Origin: Clostridiales bacterium
GTDB lineage: Bacteria; Bacillota; Clostridia; Christensenellales; CAG-138
DNA length: 64,000 nucleotides
Assembly (NCBI GenBank): GCA_009779405.1
Contig: WREI01000004.1
Location: 52-64,051, forward strand
Direction of reading: 5' to 3'
Shown here: positions 1 to 8,285 of the stretch, piece after piece
Layout: each line of letters starts with the position of its first letter
How positions within the stretch are numbered: the stretch's first letter is position 1
The notes under the pieces: generated by a model
Seen by the model: only the letters and a program-made list of their open reading frames with translations
Databases searched by the model: none
Told to the model about the DNA's origin: nothing
Program-made: the position numbers and the translations under genes

Positions 1-117
1 AGGAAAGCCACGGGGCGCCGCCCCGCACCCCGCTGGGAGGTGCGACCTCCCAGACCCTGCGGAGGGTGGGCAATTTAATTTGCAATTTGCATGGATGGAC
101 CGTTAGACAAAAAGCGC

Positions 118-146
118 TTGCCCCCGCGCGCGTGGCGTTATATAAT
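118..146 (+). promoter_or_regulatory. Putative sigmaA promoter (TTGCCC-N17-TATAAT)
   Basis: Perfect -10 at 141-146, 17-bp spacer, 4/6 -35, upstream of the 271 ORF. Confidence 0.5.
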
Positions 147-270
147 CTTAAAGATACAAGGGGACGAGACACACGAGACACAAGGGGACACCCCCCGTGA
201 ACGCAAGCAACACAAGAGTAGTTTCAGCTACAAATAGTAGCTCGCACTCGGCTATTAGGAGGAAAAAGAA

Positions 271-621
271 ATGAACAACCGTACGAAGAGAAACAATATT
301 ACTATTATCATTATTGCGGTCATTTCTTCTGTATTCTTCCTATGCACAGCCGTTTTAGTAATAACAAGAGTGAGTGATCACCAAGATGAGTATCTTTGTC
401 GAAATCAAAAAGAAAAGGCGCAAGAGGAGACTCATACACGGGAAATAGAAAAGCTGCAAAGACAGATTGATGACTTGCAAAGGCAGATTGACGAACTTAA
501 AGAACAGTTACCCCCCTTGCCAACAGGCGCTCCATCTCCTTCTGGAGTTGGAACGTCTTCGAGCGCAGGGAATACAAGGACAGTAGCTATTACTAAAAAA
601 ATCATTGCGTGTGCCTATTAG
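271..621 (+). CDS. Hypothetical membrane-anchored coiled-coil protein
   Basis: AGGAGG RBS, N-terminal hydrophobic helix, heptad LQRQIDDLQRQIDEL; AT-rich compared with the flanks. Confidence 0.6.
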   Translation: MNNRTKRNNITIIIIAVISSVFFLCTAVLVITRVSDHQDEYLCRNQKEKAQEETHTREIEKLQRQIDDLQRQIDELKEQLPPLPTGAPSPSGVGTSSSAGNTRTVAITKKIIACAY

Positions 622-633
622 GAGGAAAAAGAA

Positions 634-1149
634 ATGAACCATCATGTAAAAAAGAACGGTACTATCATCGTGGTGATTGCGGTCATTTCATCTGTATTCT
701 TCCTATGCATGGCTGTTTTAATAATGACAAGAGTGAGTGATCACGATCACCAAGAAGATTATCTTAGATTGCTGGTTTTTGCCAATATGATAGTCATTAT
801 ACTGGCTGGCGGTATCGCATTATATAAAACCGGCGGGATCATACTAACTAAAAATGTTGACAAGGTAGTATTTAAAACCCCCATGGATGCGAAGCGGCGA
901 TGTATGAGTGGGATAGCAATGGGATTTTGGTTTCTGAACTTTACTTTACTAGGGATATGCCACTTGTGGGTTTCTGACCCGAGTCCGTTTACAAAGATCG
1001 TTTCGATACTGATGATCCCCGCACCGATACTGTTTTTTATCATTACGCACAGGTGGAATAAGAAGCTTGAAAAGCAAGTGGAAAAACAGTTGATTAGTGG
1101 TCAGGGAAATGCTGAGGTTTCCACTTCCGATAAATGCACAGGGGCATAG
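634..1149 (+). CDS. Hypothetical multi-pass membrane protein; N-terminus paralogous to the 271 ORF
   Basis: Same RBS context (TATTAGGAGGAAAAAGAAATGAAC) and about 4 hydrophobic segments. Confidence 0.65.
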   Translation: MNHHVKKNGTIIVVIAVISSVFFLCMAVLIMTRVSDHDHQEDYLRLLVFANMIVIILAGGIALYKTGGIILTKNVDKVVFKTPMDAKRRCMSGIAMGFWFLNFTLLGICHLWVSDPSPFTKIVSILMIPAPILFFIITHRWNKKLEKQVEKQLISGQGNAEVSTSDKCTGA

Positions 1150-1280
1150 TTCACGAGGGGGCGTGTCAGGGGGACGCGTACCGCGACAAGGGACAGATTT
1201 GTTGATAGGCGGACATTCGAAGGGACACGCGGGAACGGCAGAGCGTTACAAGACAGTCTCAAATTTAACTGCGAGCAAAG

Positions 1281-1312
1281 CAAAGGCTCCGTTTTTCGGA
1301 GCTTTTGTTTTT
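1281..1312 (+). terminator. Rho-independent terminator
   Basis: CAAAGGCTCCG-tttt-CGGAGCTTTTG hairpin followed by a T run. Confidence 0.6.
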
Positions 1313-1471
1313 CTGCCCCGTGATCAAGCAGAAAAACCTAAAAACAACGAGAGAAATGACGTCCACGAATCAGGGCTATCTGAACGTCTGCATAGCGGAC
1401 GATTCGGATTGGGGCTTTGCAATGCGCAATGTTCAACGCGCAACGCGCAATGGGCTTGAATGCCATAAAAT

Positions 1472-1598
1472 TGTAGGGGCGCGATATGGGTCGCCCCATT
1501 TAACGAAGTAATCGGGGACAGTTGCGCGAACCACTGAAGTATTGGGGCAGGAGCCCCAATACTTCCTTAATAGCAACGAGCCATATCGCGCCCCTACA
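1472..1598. repeat. GTAG-type REP doublet (REPIN-like)
   Basis: TGTAGGGGCGCGATATGG ... CCATATCGCGCCCCTACA inverted pair. Confidence 0.75.
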
Positions 1599-1657
1599 TT
1601 ATACCGTATTATGTGACTTTGTGATATAATAAATATAAACTTGCGAAAGGGGGCGCT

Positions 1658-2572
1658 ATGGATCAAATTATTTTCCCGCATATCCATCGCTTCCGCGCTA
1701 CTGCGCTGGCGGGGATTTGCAAGAACGCGGGCAAGACTACGGTTTTGAACCGGATTTTGCGCGAGGTGCCTGCGGACGAAACCCTTGCGCTCACGTCGAT
1801 AGGCCGGGACGGGGAAACGTGGGACCTTGTGACGGGTACGCAAAAGCCCGGTATCTTTGTGCGGCAGGGTACGCTGCTGGCGACGGCGGCGGGGCTCTTG
1901 CGCCACTGCGATATCACGCGCGAAATTTTGGCGGCGACGGGCGTCGCAACGCCCTTGGGCGAGGTGATCGTCCTGCGCGCGCTGAGCGACGGGCAGGTGC
2001 AGCTGGCGGGGCCCTCCGTCACGGAGCAATTGGTCTCGCTTTCGCAGTTGTTTTGGCGCTTCGGCGCGTCGCGCATCCTGATTGACGGCGCGGTGGGCCG
2101 CAAGAGCCTTTGTTCGCGCCGCGTGGCGGAAGCGACCGTCCTCTGCGCGGGCGCGTCTTTCGGCGGCATGGAAGCCACGCTTGCCGAGACGGCGCATATC
2201 TGCCGCATACTCCAAACGCCCGCGCTGCCCGGCGATCCGCCCGATACGCGGGAGAAATTTGTGCTCTGTGACAAGCAGCTTCATGTGCGCGGCGCGGTGA
2301 CGGATCACTTCCTGCTGCCCCTGCTGCGCGGTTTGCCCGAGGGCGTCACGGTCATCGCGCAGGACGCGAGCCGCCTGCTGCTCTCGGCGTCGGCCCTGCA
2401 TAAATTGGAACTGCGCGGCGGCAGTTTGGCGGTGCGGGACGGCATCACCCTCGCGGCGGTGGCGGTGAACCCGTATTCGGCCTATGGCAGCAGCTTCGAC
2501 GCGGCGGAATTCTTGCAGAAAATGACAGCAAGGGTGGATGTGCCTGTGATAGATGTAGGCAGCAGGCAGTAG
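1658..2572 (+). CDS. kamB: Lysine 5,6-aminomutase reactivase subunit KamB-like
   Basis: GICKNAGKTT, TSIGRDGE, AGPS and LIDGA motifs; paired with a MutS-domain-V ATPase; kamDE present in the window. Confidence 0.7.
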   Translation: MDQIIFPHIHRFRATALAGICKNAGKTTVLNRILREVPADETLALTSIGRDGETWDLVTGTQKPGIFVRQGTLLATAAGLLRHCDITREILAATGVATPLGEVIVLRALSDGQVQLAGPSVTEQLVSLSQLFWRFGASRILIDGAVGRKSLCSRRVAEATVLCAGASFGGMEATLAETAHICRILQTPALPGDPPDTREKFVLCDKQLHVRGAVTDHFLLPLLRGLPEGVTVIAQDASRLLLSASALHKLELRGGSLAVRDGITLAAVAVNPYSAYGSSFDAAEFLQKMTARVDVPVIDVGSRQ

Positions 2573-2642
2573 GCAGTAGTGCCTTGCATTCAAGCCATAA
2601 AGCTTCCACTCCCTCAAACCTACTGCCTACTGCCTACTGCCC
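2555..2642. repeat. Heptamer-built inverted repeat (GTAGGCA)n / (CCTACTG)n, gene-less
   Basis: Left arm 2555-2579 contains the kamB stop; right arm 2619-2642 ends at the kamC RBS. Confidence 0.85.
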
Positions 2643-2656
2643 AAGAAAGGAACACA

Positions 2657-3994
2657 ATGATAATCGACTACCCCCAGAAACAGCGCATAGGCTTCACATA
2701 TGTATTGGATTTGCTTGCGCCCGCGTCCCCTTACGGGCGCGCGCTGTTGCGCAAGTTGCGCCCCTTTGCGCCGCGGGAGGTCGGGGCGCTGCAACGCGAG
2801 TTGGACGCTATCGAGGCCATACTGTCCCTCTCCCCTGCCTTGCTTGCGCAGATTGAAGAGCAGTTCGCGCAATTGCGGGATATACGCGGATCTCTTTCTC
2901 GTATAGGCGGGGCCTTGGATGAAGTGGATCTGTTTGAGATCAAATGCTATCTGCTTATTTTGGACGCGCTTGGGCCCTTGTTTGCGCGCGCCGGATTTAT
3001 CCTTGCGGAGACCCTGCCCGCTTTGGAGCTGCTCGACCCCGAGGGCAACCGCGTCGCCAGCTTCGCCGTCAGTGAACGGTTCAGCCCTGCGCTGGCGGAG
3101 ATTCGCGCCGAGAAACGGAATGCATTGCCCGACGCGCGCGCGGACATTATCGAACGCGAACGGGCCGAGGAAGAACAAGTAATGGAGCGCCTGTCGGCAA
3201 AACTGCTGCCATGGAAAAATGCCCTCCAGCAAAACGCCGACAGCATAGCCCACATAGATCTGCGCATCCAAAAGGCCAAGCTCGCGCGGCAATATCACTG
3301 CGCCAAGCCTGCTATCGGCACCCATACCCTGCACTTTGCGGGCATGGTCAACCCGCAGATTGCAAACTTCACGCCCCTCCACATCTCCCTCGCGCCCGGC
3401 GCGACCGTGCTCACGGGTTATAACATGGGCGGCAAGAGCGTCACGCTGAAAACGCTGGCCCTCAATGTTCTGCTTATCCACTGCGGCTTCTATCCCTTCG
3501 CAGAGTCGGCAAGCTGTCCGCTCTTTGATCAGCTGTATCTGGTGTCGGAAGATTTGGAGGACGCAACCCGCAGTCTGTCGAGCTTTGGCGGCGAGGTGGT
3601 ACGCCTGCGGGAGATTGCGGGCGGCGAGGGCTTTGCGCTCATCCTCCTGGACGAGCCCGCGCGGGGTACCAACCCCGCCGAGGGCGGCGCCATCGCGCGC
3701 GGCCTTTGCGCATACCTGAACGCGCAGAAAAATATCAGCGTGATCGCCACGCACTATGAGGGCGTCGCGGCAAGGGCGAACGCGCATTACCGGGCGGCGG
3801 GCCTGCAAGATATCGATATAGAGACCCTGTGCAGGTTCCCCGAAGCGGAGCGCCCCGCGCAGATCGCCCGCCATATGGACTATGGCATAGCCCCCGTATC
3901 ACCCGACCAGGCCCTCCCCGCCAACGCGCTGATGATCTGCCGCCTGCTGGGACTGGGCGAGGAACTGATGAGGTACATTATAAGCGAAACGTGA
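2657..3994 (+). CDS. kamC: MutS-domain-V ATPase, KamC-like reactivase subunit
   Basis: TGYNMGGKS Walker A, SSFGGE, LLDEPARGTNP, IATH; ATG 2657 follows AGAAAGGA. Confidence 0.75.
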   Translation: MIIDYPQKQRIGFTYVLDLLAPASPYGRALLRKLRPFAPREVGALQRELDAIEAILSLSPALLAQIEEQFAQLRDIRGSLSRIGGALDEVDLFEIKCYLLILDALGPLFARAGFILAETLPALELLDPEGNRVASFAVSERFSPALAEIRAEKRNALPDARADIIERERAEEEQVMERLSAKLLPWKNALQQNADSIAHIDLRIQKAKLARQYHCAKPAIGTHTLHFAGMVNPQIANFTPLHISLAPGATVLTGYNMGGKSVTLKTLALNVLLIHCGFYPFAESASCPLFDQLYLVSEDLEDATRSLSSFGGEVVRLREIAGGEGFALILLDEPARGTNPAEGGAIARGLCAYLNAQKNISVIATHYEGVAARANAHYRAAGLQDIDIETLCRFPEAERPAQIARHMDYGIAPVSPDQALPANALMICRLLGLGEELMRYIISET

Positions 3995-4091
3995 AACTTC
4001 ACGGCAAATCCCAACTTCCTTTTTCCCCGTCTTTGCTATATAATGAATCTGCGAGTGGGTTTGCATACCGTTCGCAAAGGAGGGGGCACAG

Positions 4092-5075
4092 ATGTTACGG
4101 CGACTGTTTATTGTCTGTATGGTTTGCCTGTTTTTTGCGTCGTTTGCCTGCGTGACTGCGCCGCAGGAAGCGGAAGCCAATCCGCAGGAGGAGCAAAAGA
4201 CCATCGTTCTCGGCTTTTCACAGCTCGGTTCGGAAAGCGCCTGGCGCAACGGCAACTCGCGCTCCATCCAGGAGGCGGCCGAGCGCTACGGCATCCAGCT
4301 CATGTTCAAGAATGCTTTACAGAAGCAGGAGAATCAAATCAAGGCCATCCGCTCGTTTATCGCCTATCAGGTGGACGTGATTGTGTTCGCGCCCATCGTC
4401 GAAGACGGTTGGGACAATGTGCTTGCCGAAGCAAAGGAGGCGGGCATCCCGGTGCTGCTCTGCGACCGCTATGTCAACGTTAAGGATGAATCGCTGTTCG
4501 CTGGTTTTATCGGCTCGGACTTTGTGGAAGAGGGCCGGCGTGCCGCGCAGTTTTTGCTGGACCGCACGCGCTATTTTGACGCCCCCGTGCGCATCGTCGA
4601 ACTGACGGGCACCCCGGGCTCCTCACCCATGCAGGGCCGCGCGGAAGGATTCAGGGAACTGCTGGCGAACAATCCGAAATATGAGATCGTGCAAACCATC
4701 TCCGGCGACTTCCTGCGCTCCAAGGGGAAGGAAAAGATGATCGAGTTGCTCCGAAGCGTGCCGAATATCGACGTCCTGTTTTCGCACAACGACAGTATGA
4801 CGCTCGGCGCCATCGAGGCCATCGAGGAAGCGGGGCTCAGGCCCGGCAAGGATATCATCATTATCTCGGTGGACGGAGAACAGGCGGCGATTGACGCGAT
4901 ACGGGCGGGCAAGATCAACTGCGTCGTCGAATGTACGCCGCTGATGGGGGATCGCGTGATGGAACTGGCCATCCTGCTGGCCATGGGGCAGCCGATACCC
5001 CGCAAGACCTATAACATCGAGCGCGTTTTCACCGAGTACGACGATCTCACGCTTGTGGGCGAGCGGGGTTACTGA
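4092..5075 (+). CDS. Sugar-binding lipoprotein (YtfQ/RbsB family), probably the sensor partner of the adjacent kinase
   Basis: GFSQLGSESAWR, SHNDSM and VECTP motifs; signal peptide with a lipobox-like Cys. Confidence 0.85.
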   Translation: MLRRLFIVCMVCLFFASFACVTAPQEAEANPQEEQKTIVLGFSQLGSESAWRNGNSRSIQEAAERYGIQLMFKNALQKQENQIKAIRSFIAYQVDVIVFAPIVEDGWDNVLAEAKEAGIPVLLCDRYVNVKDESLFAGFIGSDFVEEGRRAAQFLLDRTRYFDAPVRIVELTGTPGSSPMQGRAEGFRELLANNPKYEIVQTISGDFLRSKGKEKMIELLRSVPNIDVLFSHNDSMTLGAIEAIEEAGLRPGKDIIIISVDGEQAAIDAIRAGKINCVVECTPLMGDRVMELAILLAMGQPIPRKTYNIERVFTEYDDLTLVGERGY

Positions 5076-5076
5076 T

Positions 5077-6552
5077 ATGACCGGCGGGAGCCTTGTCGAA
5101 CGTTTCCGACGGCGCATGCTGCGCATGCACAGCATACGTTCGCGTATACGCAATTCCATACTCATCATTATCGTGCTCATGCTCATTCCCTTTTTTATCA
5201 ATATCGGCTTCTCGATCGCGCATACACAGCAATACGACCGCATCATCACGAATGTCTCCGGTGTCGGGAACCTGAACAAGATCATTCAGGAGCGCATCCC
5301 CGACGAGATGTTCAATATCGTCGCGGGGAACAAGTCCTTTGAAGACGGCGAACAATACGTCATTCTGGAGGATATCAAGCTCCAGTTGGAGGAACTCCCC
5401 AGTCTTGCGCCCGGCAACACCAATTCCAAACAGCTGGTCGTCGCCAGCCGCGCGGTATCTCGGCTGGAAAGCTATATCGACGGTCTCGGCACGCAGATAC
5501 GGGACGAACGGCCCGTGGAGGAATGGGAGGACACCCTCGAAGAGATACGCGGCGTCGCCGACCTCATTACCGACCTGCTGCAAGAGTATATACTGCTCGA
5601 AATCGAGGTCGCCTCGCAGATGAACAGTGCGATCCTCTCGTCGTGGCGGCTGACGATCGTGCTGGAAATACTCATTGCATTGTTCCTCTGCCTGTTCGCG
5701 GTGGCGACGCAGAGGGCCGTGACCAGGAGCATTTCACAGCCCATCTATTCGCTCGAGCGCTTTGCCGGACGGATAGCGCAGGGCGATCTGGCCGCGCGCA
5801 CGGAATCGGCCAGAGTGCGGGAGTTAGAAAACCTGACGGCAAGCCTGAACGTGATGGCCGAGAAATTGGGCATGCTCATGGAGGAGTCCATACGCGAACA
5901 GGAGAATCTGAAGAAGAGCGAGATGCGCATACTCCAGGCGCAGATCACGCCGCACTTCATCTACAACACGCTGGACGCGATTATGTGGCTCGCCCAGTCC
6001 AACCGCAACGACGAGGTAATCCACATCACGAAGGCCATGTCCACCTTCTTCCGCATCGCGCTCAGCCGCGGACACGACTGGATCAGCGTTTCACAGGAGA
6101 TCGAACACGTGGAGAGCTATCTGATGGTGCAATATGTGCGCTATCGCGATATCCTGACCTATTCGTTTGAGATCGACGAGCGTCTCAAAGACCAGCTGAT
6201 GCTCAAGCTCGTCTTGCAGCCGCTGGTGGAAAACGCGATCTATCACGGGATCAAGCTGATACGCCGCCCGGGGACCATCGTCGTGCGCGGTTGGCTCGAG
6301 GGCCAGCGCATGCATTTTTCGGTGACGGACAGCGGGATCGGCATACCCAAGGAGAAGCTTGAAGCCGTCCGCGCGCAACTCGGCGGCGAAGCGCCCGGCA
6401 GCGATGTGGAAGGCTATGGCCTGTATAACGTCGATAAGCGTCTCTGCCTGTATTATGACAGCGCGGCGGGGCTCTTCATCGAAAGCGAATATGAGAAGGG
6501 GACGACCGTATCGTTTTCCGTCCCCGTTCGGAATGAGGTCGTGCATGTATAA
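5077..6552 (+). CDS. YesM/LytS-family sensor histidine kinase with HAMP domain
   Basis: LQAQITPHFIYNTL, LQPLVENAIYHG, DSGIG, GYGLYNV. Confidence 0.92.
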   Translation: MTGGSLVERFRRRMLRMHSIRSRIRNSILIIIVLMLIPFFINIGFSIAHTQQYDRIITNVSGVGNLNKIIQERIPDEMFNIVAGNKSFEDGEQYVILEDIKLQLEELPSLAPGNTNSKQLVVASRAVSRLESYIDGLGTQIRDERPVEEWEDTLEEIRGVADLITDLLQEYILLEIEVASQMNSAILSSWRLTIVLEILIALFLCLFAVATQRAVTRSISQPIYSLERFAGRIAQGDLAARTESARVRELENLTASLNVMAEKLGMLMEESIREQENLKKSEMRILQAQITPHFIYNTLDAIMWLAQSNRNDEVIHITKAMSTFFRIALSRGHDWISVSQEIEHVESYLMVQYVRYRDILTYSFEIDERLKDQLMLKLVLQPLVENAIYHGIKLIRRPGTIVVRGWLEGQRMHFSVTDSGIGIPKEKLEAVRAQLGGEAPGSDVEGYGLYNVDKRLCLYYDSAAGLFIESEYEKGTTVSFSVPVRNEVVHV

Positions 6553-8116
6553 GGTTTTCGTGGTGGATGACGAGGTTGTGGTGCGCGAATCCATACGCAC
6601 GCAGATCGCATGGGAGGATACGCGCTTTACGCTCTCGGGGGAAGCGTCCGACGGGGAGATGGCGCTGTCACTGATCAAGGATATCCAGCCGGACATATTG
6701 CTCACCGATATCCGCATGCCCTTTATGGACGGCTTGCAGCTTGCGAAAATCGTGAAGCAGACCATGCCCTGGATACGCGTTATCATCCTCTCGGGCCACG
6801 ACGAGTTCTTTTACGCGCAAAAGGCCATCGGCATCGGCGTGCAGGCCTATCTTTTAAAGCCGATCAGCGTTTCGGAGCTGTTGGACGCGCTCGAGAGCGC
6901 GGCGACCGCCATTGAGGGGGAGGCCAAGGCACGCAACAGTACGGCGTCGCTGCAGGCCATGCTCAAGAATACGACCTTCCTGAACGCGCAGCACCTCTTT
7001 ACGGATATACTCACAGGCGGCGTGGCAAGCGGCGAAGTCATCGAGCGCGCGCTGGCGTTCGGCATTGCCCTGATTGCGCCGCGCTATATCGTCGTGCGCA
7101 TCGAACTGTCGGGGCATAGCGGGGGCCAGCTGCTCCTCGCGCGGGAGATATTGCACAATCTGGCGGAGGCCGACGACGGGGTTTGGCTTTCGTTCGGCGG
7201 CGTGGAGCGGATCGCCGCCATCATCAAGGGCGGCTCGGATGAAGCGGTCGTCGAGCGGGCCTATTCCTTTGCGCAGGCCGTACAGCATGAGATCGCGAAC
7301 AATACGGAGCTTGCGGCGAGCATCGGGATAGGCGGCAGCGTTTCGCATCTCCCGTCCATCCCCGAATCGTATACGCAGGCGGGCGAGATCTTCAAGCGAC
7401 TGGGCAGCGCGATGGCGGGCAAAATCTACAGCATCAGCGACCTCTTGGAGATCGGCGCGTTTGTGCCGGAGAATGTTCCGAGGAAGGCTCAGCTGCGCTA
7501 CGCGACCGAGACCGATATCCCCGCGATCATCGAGAAGCTGCTCGAACCGCTCGGGGAGCAGACTGTGCTTTCGGCGCTCTTCGCCGATTATCTGCTGATG
7601 GATATGCTGATCACCTGTGCCAAACTCCTCAAAGAGTTGCATTGCGACGCCGAAAGCGTCTTGCCCGAGACCAAAAATTTCAGCGCCCTCCCCTTCAAAC
7701 GTTCCACGCGGGAGGAGCTCGACGCCGCGATGCGGAGCATACTCTCCCGCACCTTTGCCGCGCGGGACGCGCATGCCGGGATGAAATACGCGTCCCTGAT
7801 CCGCAAGGCACAGGCGTATATCCACGAGAACTATGCCGACGCGAATATCTCCCTGCAATCGGTCGCGGCCCACGTCGCGCTTTCGAGCAACCATTTCTGC
7901 ACGATCTTCGCGCAGGAAACCGGGCGAACCTTTATCGAATATCTGACGGGCGTGCGCATCGCGCAGGCCAAAGAGGGACTGGCCGACCTGTCCGTGCGCA
8001 CGAGCGAGGTCGCCTACTCCGTGGGCTACAACGACCCGCGCTATTTCAGCTATATATTCAAGAAAAATACCGGCCTGACCCCCCGCGATTATCGCGCGCA
8101 ATATGCGGCAAAATAG
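6545..8116 (+). CDS. YesN-like response regulator (receiver + AraC HTH)
   Basis: VVDDE, TDIRMP, KP receiver motifs; C-terminal VGYNDPRYFSYIFKK. Confidence 0.92.
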   Translation: MYKVFVVDDEVVVRESIRTQIAWEDTRFTLSGEASDGEMALSLIKDIQPDILLTDIRMPFMDGLQLAKIVKQTMPWIRVIILSGHDEFFYAQKAIGIGVQAYLLKPISVSELLDALESAATAIEGEAKARNSTASLQAMLKNTTFLNAQHLFTDILTGGVASGEVIERALAFGIALIAPRYIVVRIELSGHSGGQLLLAREILHNLAEADDGVWLSFGGVERIAAIIKGGSDEAVVERAYSFAQAVQHEIANNTELAASIGIGGSVSHLPSIPESYTQAGEIFKRLGSAMAGKIYSISDLLEIGAFVPENVPRKAQLRYATETDIPAIIEKLLEPLGEQTVLSALFADYLLMDMLITCAKLLKELHCDAESVLPETKNFSALPFKRSTREELDAAMRSILSRTFAARDAHAGMKYASLIRKAQAYIHENYADANISLQSVAAHVALSSNHFCTIFAQETGRTFIEYLTGVRIAQAKEGLADLSVRTSEVAYSVGYNDPRYFSYIFKKNTGLTPRDYRAQYAAK

Positions 8117-8285
8117 TCCGACATATGTGCGTTTTTTTATCGTAAAAATTTGCACTTTTGCGCACTGTAAAATGCAAGTAAAGAAAAAAGCAAACCTTTT
8201 GCTGTAACGCTTCTACGGCGGGAAAACAGACCGATATGCTATACTGTTCCTGCGTATCCCCAAATAAAAAAACGGAGGAATGAAC

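Noticed and set aside
2657-3994. Mismatch-repair MutS or MutS2
   Set aside because: Too short, lacks mismatch-binding and Smr domains; context fits KamC
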